From Lingula anatina (taxonomy: Eukaryota; Animalia; Brachiopoda): a stretch of DNA of 64,000 bases. Shown in pieces: positions 24,906-37,500 of this stretch (positions are counted from its first letter, which is position 1; every line of letters starts with the position of its first letter). The notes beneath the pieces were generated by a model. That model saw only the letters and a program-made list of their open reading frames with translations. It did no database searches and was not told the origin of the DNA. Where the stretch lies: the NCBI GenBank assembly GCA_051362555.1, contig CM120642.1:19654001-19718000 (forward strand). Reading direction: 5' to 3'. The position numbers and the translations under genes were made by a program.

Positions 24906-27900
24906 TCATGGTCGCGATCCTCCAGAACTTGCAAATTTTTCATACAAGGCCTGGCGTTGTCGCGCCATCTGAACGACATTCTCCTGCAGCTGTCGCTGTC
25001 TCTGAAGCTGCTGGTATTGTTGGTACGCCTGCTGCTGCTGCTTTTCCAGCTGGAAATAAACAAGTAAATAAATGACATTTTATCACCAAGGGAGCCTGGA
25101 CACCCAAGAAAACTGGCCAGCTGTGATCACAATATTTCAACAGGTTTCACCCACGTTCTAAATGAAAAATCCTACAGGTATTGCGCAGATAAGCCCAAAG
25201 ATCATGTAAGGGGAATTTATTTTCATGGTTTTCCCCCCCCATTTATCTAAAAGGCTGTGAAACCTGCGAGACAAACTTTTCTGGGACTTCCTTGCATTTC
25301 CTAACCTTTCAAAACCTGCACTTCTGACAAACACACTAGATGAAATCCTTTAATCATTTTATTCAACTTTTTTAATATCCAAACAAAGCAAGCAGTCAAC
25401 TTACGGTCTCCTTCTGCATTTGCTGTGTAACTTGTTGGTACCTAAGCAGACCTTGTATCTTGATCTGCAGCTCTGCCGCTGTTATCCGAGGGTTCTGAAA
25501 GTCAACAGATTTACCACAAGACTAAAATGTGAACTTGTATTACATGTAGGCCTATAGATGTATCTCTGAGAACACAATAAATTGTCAATAATTATTAATT
25601 TCATAAAATACAAGTACCTGTCCTAAGAGAGGAAAAAACTTTTGCAAAGAGATCCTATTTAAAATGTGCTTATAATTCAGGCAGTACAATGCCCCAGATT
25701 GCATCACACGACTTACACTCTCTATGATGGGTTTCACCATGACAGCTAGACTTGGCATCTGGATACACAGGCTCTGATACAAGGCCAATACTGCAGGACT
25801 GTACTGGATGGGACCCACACTACCAGAAGCACCTGGGCCTAGGGGGGAATGACAAGTAATAGTACTTATTATAGTAATACATAAATAAATGGAATAAATA
25901 AATCACGACAGCAGAGATCTCCATACACTGCTCATAAACTAGTTATAATAATATAGTTAAAATAATAATACATAAATAAATGGGATAAATAAATCATGAA
26001 ATGAGAGAACTTGTTACAGCATTGGACAATTTAAAAAGCTTTTTGCCAGTTTAAATTTTTTAGAAACATCAGCCCCTAAGAAGGCTTGTTGCCATTAAGT
26101 TTTCAAATGTGTATGTTTTCCAAATTTCCTTTTCACCTCTTTCTCACATTTTTCATTCTAGGGTCACGCAAAGGTGATTTCTATCATATGAAAATGCCAA
26201 GTTTTGTCATACAAACCCATCATTTTAACTTACCATAAAATGAAGACATCTCTCTCCGTATTCCTTTCTTCTCATTTTCGTACTCTTCCCAGGCTGCTTT
26301 GCGCTCCTCCTCTGTAAGTGTCTGATCTATCTTGTTTTCCAGGAGAGAGTCGTGCTCCAGAATCTGAACGATCCAATCCTTGTGACTTGTCAGTAATTCA
26401 GCAAGGACTCGATCCTACAATATAAATTGTTAAATTTCAGATTGTCAGACAGTCTTTTTAAATTATCATTATTGCTTTCTCCATCTCAAAATTTGCATTT
26501 GGTACACACATGCATGTTAACATGTTCGTTTCCGAGGTTGAAATGCAGTTCATTGCACTACAAAAAGTTTGATCTGGCTTATTATGAATAATTGCTAGGC
26601 TTATTAAATACTTGGTATGATAAAAATATAACTGATCAATGCAAAACCATTCGGTGAATCACTAATTCCAACAGTTAAAAAAAAATAGAATTTCCATTTC
26701 TAATATCCATTTTTAAAATTGTTTTAAAACTCATTATCATCTTTTTTGTTTTGTTTTGTTTTAACTTGCCACACACCTTAGGTAAAGCTGGAGTGGGTCT
26801 CTCAACCCTGTCAGGGTCATCCAGAAGATCAGGCTTAAAATTGTACAACTCCTGGAGATCCTGTGCTGTGAAATGGCGGTCAATCTGATGCTCGTCCACA
26901 ACACGCTGGGACAATGACAGTTTTGTCACTTGACGCTCGTAGATCTTTTCTTCCATTGTGCCCTGTCAGATGCAAGAACAAAACTGATTTTAACATATAT
27001 CAAAATTTGTGGATAAATGATGACAAAATGACATATTTCTTAAATTGTAGCATTGAAACTTACAAAACTAAAATCACTGGATGTAAACTATACACAATTT
27101 TACAAAATTGACATGAAGGGGGTCATCCATTTTATCATCATTTTCAGAAGTCTACAAACCATACTCTGGGGGGGGGGGTCTACACCAGTAGACTAGGTGC
27201 TATTCTTTCAAGGTCTGTCTAAACTAGATTGGTGAGAACAAAATAACAGGATGTTACCTGAGCTAAGAATCTGTACACATAACACGGTTTGGTCTGGCCA
27301 AACCTGTACACTCTGAATATAGACTGGACGTCATGAGAGGGGTTCCAAGAGGCATCAAAAAGGATCACTCGGTTAGCACCAATTAAATTTATCCCCAAAG
27401 AACCAGCTCTGGTGGATATGAGGAATAAGCGAGCTCTGGAATATAAAAACCGCATTTAAGGAGAAAGTAATAAAATTATATAAATTATAATAATGATTAT
27501 TATTGACAAAGTACAATGACTCCCATTCATTTTAATATTAAACTTTACTTTTATAGTCAAGCGGTGAGCCATATACATCAAGAAAAGTCAGTAATATCAA
27601 CCTTCTTGAAAAGAATATATGCCCAAGAATCGTTCACAAGTCATGAAATAGAAGAAAATAAACCAGTTTAAAACAACAAATATTTCACAAACAGGAACTT
27701 TAAAATTAACATCTTAGTTAAATCTGTAATCAAACTGCGAGAGAGAGAGAGGGAGGGAGGGAGGGGGCACCTGAAGTTGTCTGGATCATTGAACTCCTCT
27801 GCCCAGTTCTGTCGTGTCTGTGCTGGTGTGGAGCCATCCATTCTGTAGTAGTCTGCACCCTGGACCCATGTGCGCTGGAACTATAGCAATAAAATTCCAT

Positions 27901-28477
27901 GCTTAAAAAATCTGCCTCTTTTCCTAACTTAAGATATGACACTGAAAATACTACCAGTCCTCCATATTTTTCTCTGACCAGGACCTTTGTACATATTCAG
28001 ATCAATCAAGGTACTTTTATCAAGAACACAATATCAATTGTACTGCAGCTGAAAAGAAACTTTTTTTAAACAAACTCATTTACTAATCTTGTAATTTATC
28101 ATTATATGAATAATTAACAAAAAAAATATTACCCCATCTTCCGCCTTCTCATCCCCCTCCTTTGTTTTTTCCATTTCCTCTCGTGCCTTCTTGTCCAAAT
28201 CTTCCAAAAAATCCTGTATCAAGTCCAAGGACAGAAGAGACTGGCTGAATACCAGCCTGGAATATAAGGATCATTGATTAAAATACCATTCTTGCCCTAG
28301 CAAGGAGAATAACATTCAGACCAAGTGTAAAAAAAGAATATTAGACAATAGCTAAGAAAGAAAAAAATACATACATAGTCTCAGTGCTGTGAGGAATTAC
28401 AAAAAAAAAAAATAATAATAAAAATAAATAAAAATAAAAATAAATAAATATAAAAACAATAATAATAAAATTAATTA

Positions 28478-28529
<52 letters not shown>

Positions 28530-31500
28530 CACATTCACTACATCAACTGCCCATTGCTAATGGGGTTCACGAAGCAATTGCCAAACTTTTTTGCTGTCCC
28601 TAATAGGTTAGGCTTTACAAAGTCCACTATGCTATGATCTGCAATTAAACTGGCCTAGCAAGTTTGAACCCTCCAAAATTCTATCAGTATAAAATTATAA
28701 AAGACTATTTTTAATCTTCTCATCTTACAGCACACATGGCATAAATTTAGAATTATGAGTCAATATCAAACACGTCTTACACTTTATCACCAATCTCCTC
28801 GGCCATTCTAAGAACTTCAAACAGCAACAAGAGCTTGCCACTGTTCTCTATTTTCTTTTCATCTTCCTCAGTCACAAACTCATGCCACCATTCAGACTTC
28901 ATTAGAGCCTGAACTTCGGGCACAACCTCTTCGGGCTCTAAAAACAGAACCAGTGGGGGTTTAGAAGACGCAATTTTGCTTCTTTTTATTTTTACTTTAC
29001 TTTCCTCTCTTATTTTTTTCTTTACAACTGAATTCAAAATTACAGGTCATACATTTTTTTCTTAGTCATTACCAGTTGTAATATCTACCCTACAATTTTG
29101 TCTTTTGTATTGTTATAAAAATGTTAACCATAAAATTCAATCTATCTTGATAAAAAAAGTCAAATTCTTAGGCTTCGTTCACATGCAATGTCTATTTTCT
29201 ATTTTCTATTTTCGGTATGTCTTATGATCACGGTCTGTGCACTGAATATCCCGCCGCGTAATTACTGGCAGCGCGAGCCAGTTACTTATAGTAACTTATA
29301 GTAACTGGCTCGCGCTGCCAGTAATTACGCCGCGGGATATTCAGTGCACAGACCGTGATCATAAGACATACCGAAAATAGAAAATAGAAAATAGACATTG
29401 CATGTGAACGAAGCCTTAGCCTTTATCATTTTTGGATATAAATACCTAAAAAAAAACCCTACCTGAGCCATCCCCTCCTCTCTTCCTTGTCTTCCATTCT
29501 TTCACTACCTCATCATCACTTTGTGATTCACAGCTTTTTTTACCTTTGCCTTTCTTCCTGATAAAAAAAGAATCATTTCAGAAGCCAAACCATTTAATAA
29601 TAAGCCTACAGTTTAAGCAGAGCAGATATGCTTCTAACTAACACAGGCAAAGCTTTCCATAATTAAATGTTGGTTTAAGATATTCAAACTGTCTCCATCT
29701 GACTCAGAATTAAAATCAAAAGCCTATGCCCCGTGTTCTCATTAATGTCATGGTCTGTTCCCAAGATAACTTTGATTAATATTCCTTGGAGCAATCAGGG
29801 TATAAAAGTGGATTTGTGTCACGTGGCAGTTTTAACTTTTTTATTAACCCAGTACTTCTTAAAGTGGCCTGATCAACTGTTATGGGTTAGTGCCCAACAG
29901 GAAAGAGTGCCATCATTTTCTTACTTGTTCTTTCCTTTACTGGGGCCTGGTTCCTGGTCACTGTCAGAGAGATCTATTATACTGTCAGAGCTGCCATCAT
30001 CTATGAAGGAACTCATATCACTTTCATCATCAATGAATGAGTCGTTATCTTCAAGAAATGCCTGTTAGATGAAAGAATTATAAAATATGAAAAATATCTA
30101 ATATATGTTAATCATGTTGGAAACAAATAAAAACATGAACCAATTTTGACAGTATATTGCCTGTCTAATAGGTACCTTTAGGAAACCTTATTTATTTATT
30201 TATTTATTTTTGTTGCTGATCAGATATCTTTTTTTTAATATTTGAAATCTCTGGTCACATTCTTTCCCTTTTGACAACAAAAATTTCAATAAAAATCAAC
30301 ATTCAACTTTTTAAAAGAACCATCTTTACATTTTTACTTTTTCTTCCTTATATCAAAAACTGTGTCAAATTTGCAAAATGATAATAAAACATAAAAGAAA
30401 GACAAGAACTTGCCTTATTTTCCCGTCTAATCTGATCATATCTCATTACTCTAGGGTGTGTCCATATTCTCATAAGAGCTTGATAATCAGAGAAAATCTT
30501 AGCTCCCCTTCCAACTACTGCCATTCCGTCATCGTCCACCCCTTGAACACACTGCAAGTACTTTCTATATAAAAGAACTTGAAGTTTGGACAGGCGCACC
30601 AACAGAACATACTCAAACTTAGGGGGAAGAAACTTGGTCAGGGCTGAGTAGTCTTTCCTCTGGAAATTATCAATTATAAAATGCATGTGTGAAATACAAA
30701 GTATTAATTTAGTTGAATCACTGAATTCAATTTTTCTGAAATAAAATATGAATGGAAAATATTGTTAAAGTATCATATTTTTATAACCAGCACGCTTTCA
30801 TATGTCAGGCATATTTATTTTTTACCATATATATTTCCAGTGCAACACTTCTGTCTTTCTGGACTGTAGTATTCTATGCATATCTAACAATAGCTACTCA
30901 TCAGCATCAACAAGTAAAGGTAATCAAAAGGGGGGGAAAAATCCATTTTCCCCAATCTATTAAAAGATAATTAATGAAAAAACTTTAGTCCAAGAAATGC
31001 CTTCATGAGACAGTAAAGACAAAACAGCCAGGTAAAACACACCTGCACACAACCTGACAGCAAATCATGAAGAATATGAGCTCTTCTCTTCATGATCTTT
31101 ACATCGTGTGGTGTGGAGTCTTTACACTGCCCATTGCTGATGGGGTTCACAAACCGATTGCCAAACTCTTTGGCTGTTCCTAATAAGTTAGGCTTTACAA
31201 AGTCCACCATGCAATGATCTGAAATAAAAGTTTTACTCTATGATTCTATCAGTCTCAGTATCAAATTATATTTATAATAAAATAACAGAGATATACTGTT
31301 TCATGTATATATATAAAGTAAAGTAAAAGTTAAACTTAGGGATACACCACTGATAATCCTTATTCTTGTGATGCTCATATAATAAATGAAATAGTCTGTT
31401 AAGAATCATTTTCCATCAAGTTTATCATGCCTTGATCTGCAACTAAATTACTATAAAATCATGATACTTCCTTTACATTTATCACACTATTAAGAATTGC

Positions 31501-34500
31501 CAGATATAATGCAGCAGTTGTTTTCAATTTTCTTCAGCAATATATTTTCTCAAAAGTTGTCAAACACCCCCCCCCCCCCCCAAAAAAAAAAAAAAAAAAA
31601 TTGAATTTACACATATTCATGCTCACACTGATCCCCAATAATTCACATCTCTACCCAGTTTTTAATACTCACACTCCTTCAGGTTATTCTGCAGTGGTGT
31701 TCCTGTCAGCACCACTCTCCTCTTAGACTTTATTTGAGACACAGCCTTGGATATTGCTGATGTGGAATTCTTCAGCACATGGCCCTCGTCACATACCACT
31801 ATGTCTGGACCTACAGTAATACATTTTTTTTAAACATCTTTTTTCTCATGAAGGTTAAATATTGATTGCAGTATAATTGAAGGTGGCAATTCGCAAAGGC
31901 ATTACATGTTACAGTAATACATCAAGGCAACTAGAACAGCATTCAGAGAGGGCAGAACTCTGTCCAGGCAGATAGTTCTTATCAATAATAATAAATCAAT
32001 CAATTACTGGATTACCATCAAAATCTACCTGCACTGAAGGTATCTACTTGGATTAAAAGCGTCTACCTGAATGAAAAATGCTGAATTCACAAGAACTAAT
32101 GTTCACTCCCTCAATTAAAAGCTTTAGGATGCTAATCTCTCCCCAATGTATTTACCTGGATTAAAAACAACTAATTTGGATTATAGGCTCTAACCTGGAT
32201 CAAGCAGGGTTTCAGCAAATATCCTCTTCTGTCTCTTGTTTCTGACTCTGACACTCTGACTAAGGTTGCGGAACATCTCATATCCCATGATCATGACCCC
32301 GCCCCCTTCATGCCAGTCTTGTAAACAGTCGGCTCTGTTGTGGTTATTCTTCACACTGGACAGCTCATAAACCTAGTGAAAATAGATTTGGTGGGGACAC
32401 ACTAGCAACACACTTGGTGGGAAACTTGCACTAATATTATGTAATACCAGATTACAGCACGGGGCAATTATTTTTGCCATATAATACAAGCAAACTAAAC
32501 AAAGCATTGACAAAAAATCCAGAAACTTTCCATATCTGTCACACAAAAAGGTGGTTAATCCCTTTAATTGCCTTAGAGGAACATTAGCATCCCAGAAAAT
32601 AAATTTTAACTTAGTCTAATACATATATCAATGCTATAAAAAAGTTTTTTGTGGACTCTACATTAGATGATAGAAAACTTATTCTTGACTTAAATCTCTA
32701 AAAAATAAGTGTATGACACCTGTTGTTTAGTTTCTAAGACATAATGTAACTCTTTTTTTTTATGAATTTTACTATAGTAATGAGCAAAGTCTAGCATATG
32801 TCTTCAGTGGGGTTTGTAACACTACTTACAGATTAAGTTAAAATAAATCAGCTATCGATTATACATTTGGTCTTTTCGTTGCACATATGCATTTTTAAAA
32901 ATAACTCAAGAGTATTTTATAGTCCTTACATCCAGCCTGTCCTCCTCTTCCAGCCACTTGGTCCACTCATTCTGCCAGTTCAGCACAGTGTTCAGTGGAC
33001 AGATAACCAGACATCTCCGGAATGGCAGGTGCTTATGATGGGTTAATACTGTGTGGGCAAATGTGATAACCTACATGGAGAAAGTGGACATGTTTGGTAT
33101 TAGGATTCCCCTTGATGTATAAAGTAAAGCAGTTTGAGAACAAAACAAAGCTGCAGATATACAGACAAAATTGTTCTTAACTAAGATAACAACAAAATAA
33201 ATAATAAAAATGTTCATAGATTAAAAAAAAAAAACATGCTACAGACATAAACAGACCAATGACTAAAATGTACGATTTCATGTAGAGGTATCAGGACCAA
33301 AATGAGAAAATACTACAGATATCTTCATTTAACCTTTTCAGAGACTGTGCCGAGAGTTGAATACCTATAAGCAAAATCTATTCCAAATATGAGTGTTTAG
33401 ACTTACAGACAATGTCTTCCCTAATCCCATACAATGAGCCAGAATGCAGCCAGATCCTTCAGGATCCTTCTTATACCGGTCCAAACTCTCGATAAGACAA
33501 TCCCACATAAACTGGACAGCTGCACACAGTTAAAAAAACAAAGCTGTTCATGAAATGCTTGCACTTTGTAAATAACAAGTCTAGTTTGCGAGACATTCAC
33601 TTCAGACATTAAAATATAGCATAGTTCAAGATATTCGATTAAAATTTACATTTATGCCAGAAAAAAAAGTGGATAAGATTTTTAATATTTGTGCCTCTCT
33701 GTAAGCAATGTCAGTAGATCAAATTTATTTATGTTTTTGAACATGTTTCAAATTATTAACAAGCACAGCTGCTTAATTCTACGTCCTTAATTATTGGGGG
33801 GGGGGGGGGGGGGGGGTCACACAGTTAAAATCTCGGCATCTAAATACAGTATCTTTAAGCTTACCTTCAATCTGATGAGGTTTCAGATTTTTCACAAGGG
33901 ATTTGTTAACTTGAATCAGAGGTTTATCCGAGTCTTTCTTCATTTCTAGCACCAATTGTGTGGCTACAGGACACTTGTTAGGGGAACCGCCATCCTCCAT
34001 TAAAACAACATTAAACTGAGAAACAAAGACAAAACTGAAGATCAAAACTCTGAAACTTATGTCATGAACATTTACTATCATCATGGTTCCATGAATTGAA
34101 GACTAAGACACAACTTTTCCTTTGTTTCTAAATATCTCTTTGATGCTGCTTCAAACAGCACAACTCTTATTCATTTAGACGTCCCCATTTAGAAGAAGTC
34201 CAGTAAGACACGTTTTAGCTGATTAGTTAATATATCATTTATTATATAAATATATAATTAAAATGGGGTAGATGTTTTGCATCAAATATTTAGAACTATA
34301 GGTGTCAAGTAAAAAGAATATTCAATACTTTCAACATTTAATCTGCATTCAAACACTCAAATTCAAGATTATCCTAAGAGGCTCATAACAGCAAATAATC
34401 TCATTCAGGACAGGCTTTAAAATATTCCAGACCAGTATTCAACTCGTATCATTTCATGCAAATAAATCTACAGCCAATACCTTTCAGTATGAAAGATGAT

Positions 34501-37500
34501 TTTATTATGGACATTAAAGACAAACCTGACATTTTTATCATAAAGAGATCTTACTTGTTGCTGTCTATCTGCAATTCTTTTCCGCCTTTCTTCTTCTAGT
34601 TTGGCTGCCGTTTTGGTTTCTTCCTGTAGTTTGTCTTCCTTTAAAATTTTTCTGATCTTCTTTCTCTTTCTTCCAGGTGTATTTTCATCATCATTTTCAT
34701 CTCCACTTCCCTGAAAAAACAGATAAGAACATTAATAAATGATTTGCATCAAGTGCTCCAACAGCAACCCCTATACTAAAAGAGTTAAATAATCTTCTAA
34801 ATACAGTAAAGCTATATACATAACTATATCTTTTGTATTAGATTCTACAATTAAATAGTAATAGTAATAACAACAACTAGGTTCTTGATACTGAAACATT
34901 TAAACAAATAATTAAAATATATGATACTCATGTTTGTACTGACATTTCAACTGTTATATCATCAAAGATTGCCACTGCCATCATAATGAATGAAAATTTT
35001 GGATCACTTGAATTGGAATTCTTGGTGTATTAATTATAAAAATACCCTTACTGCTTCTTCATCACTGTTCTTGTTGCTTTCATTAGAAGAGTCAGATGCC
35101 AGTTTGATACGTTTCCTCTTTTTATTTCCCTTCTTGGTGTAGGATCTTTCGTTGCCTTTCTTCCCTTTTTTAGTTTTTAAATCTTCATCAGATTCATCTG
35201 AGGAAAAAAGGCTTTCGCTGTCTTTCTCTTTTTTGTTCTTTTTATCCCTTCTACTCTTTTTCTTAGATTCAAAATCAGAATCTTCAGACAATATTTCAAT
35301 GGACGAGAAGTTTGTGCTGCTAGCATCACTTTCATCGCTGTCTGTTTTCCTCTTCCTAAAGGTAATGTCATCATTTTATTTAATATTATTATACAAACGT
35401 TTTGATAATTTGTTATAGCAGCTTATTTAATTCACAGAAAGTCAATTTAAACTTTGTATGGAATTCCTTGAATGCTTCAGCTTTACTATTATTTCTTTTA
35501 AAATGTTATCTACAGTTTCTATGATTATACTTGAAATGTCAAAAACAGTAAGAAATTCACTGTGTCATCAAAAATTTAGTCACTGAAAGCTTTAACTAAC
35601 ACATTTATTTCTGCATGTACCTCTTTTTGCTCCTCTTAATCTTTTTCTTCTTCTCTTTTGTACTGACAGGAGCATCAGAATCACTTTCGCTTAATTTTAC
35701 CCTTAGAAGCTTCAGATTTTTCTTCGACTTTTTGGGGGTTACAAAGTCACTGTCACTACTTTCACTGAGTGCACCATTTTCTTTAGATTTTTTCTTTTTG
35801 GTTGCTAGAAAAAATATAATCGTATTGGTGAAAGTTAATTTTGCTCTTTTTAAACCTGACATTTCTTTGATACCAACAACTAGTAGAAATGACCCCCGCA
35901 AAAAATAAGAAAATAATAATAAAAAATCCATGCCAACAAATTACAAACAGACCTAAGTTTTCAGAATTATCATCTGAGCTGTTGTCAGAGACATCGTCCT
36001 CCTCCTCTTCTTCATCACTCATCTCCCTCAGCATCGCCTGCTTAGCACGAATATTTTCATCTTCTTCCTCGTTCTTCAATTTGATTGCTTTAAGCTTCTT
36101 CTCATCATTACTGAGCAAATTGACCTCCTAAAAGAGAGACCATTCATAAATTGTGACAACAACACTATCTCTTTTTCTCAAGACTGACCTGTCCTTTAGT
36201 ACAAAGGTATATACAGTTATATATCACCGTGGTTGCTCAAATAGTTCAAACTGTGTGCAGGGGCGGATTTAGGCCGTCTTCTGGGTCTTCCGGAAGACGG
36301 TCAGATTTTCAAGTTTACATTGACAGGTATCTATTTTTTCTGTCGGAAGACGGTCAAAAATGGAGGATGGATCAACAAAGATAATTTGGAAGACTCTCAG
36401 AAAATATCTCTGGATCTGCCCCTGGTGTGATTAATCAGTACAAAAAAATATTTTCTAAAATTCTTTTCTTGGCCCTTGGCCCAACATTTAACTCATGCAA
36501 CCAAATTTATTTTGTTTTGACAGTATCTGATCACTGGCAATCAATAAGTTATCAAGCCAAGGGACAGATTCTGAATGACTCGGCTCTTTGCAATTGTCAG
36601 TTGTTACGCTTTCAATGGCTCTTACGAATGAGGAAGAAACAATTAAACCCAAGACCTCATATGGAAGTGAAATAATAAATTCTTATCTTATATATAGTTA
36701 AAGAAGCAGCTATAATGGAAATGTTATGACATATGATACTAAAATTACCTCTTCCTCCTCTTCCTCAATATCAGTGCCAGACTCTGAATCATCGGAATCA
36801 GAGCTGCTGTCGCTGCGCTTCTTCTTGGGAGTGGTCTTCTCTGCAAGATAAGAATTAAATATCTTACAATCAAGGTGTACAAAAATATGCACTAAAAACT
36901 ATTAAATGAAGAAAATAGTTATCTAAACCAATATTTCTTGAAAAATATTCAATGCAAAAACTTGAAGCTCTTGGTACCAAATGAAATCTAATAAATATAT
37001 GAAGAGTTTTTATAGCAACAGAGTACAGAGCATTGAGACCATTTTACATAGTTATCTAAGATCTTGGAGTCCAGTTACCCTTAAAAAGGTCACAATTAAT
37101 TTTTTTCACCAATTGACCTATAATTTTCATAGAGAAACCAATAAAGCAAACAGAGTAGAGGTTATATGTTTTGCAATCTTGGACTGCAAACACTGACTGC
37201 AGAATTATGGCTGCAGATCATTTGAATTGTAGAGGCTTCAATAACTTCATGAGACATGAAAAATCTATGAAACTACATTCTATATTTCCGGTCATTAATA
37301 AGAAGTCCTTGTGACTTCCAGGGGTAACAAGTGATAGGGTGACATCTTTGGTCACATCTAATATCAACCCTTTTCCTCAAAAGATTTTGAATTATCTTTA
37401 ACTTTCCATAAATCCATTTGAGAATTGTAATTTAAGTCTCCATGAAATCCAGATATTTGATGAATCCACTGGCAGCAAATATTAGGGGTTCAACAGGCAA

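Noticed and set aside
28341-28538. Poly-Tyr ORF (and the ILYY-repeat ORF at 14913-15185)
   Set aside because: Translations of (TAA)n and (AATAT)n microsatellites.
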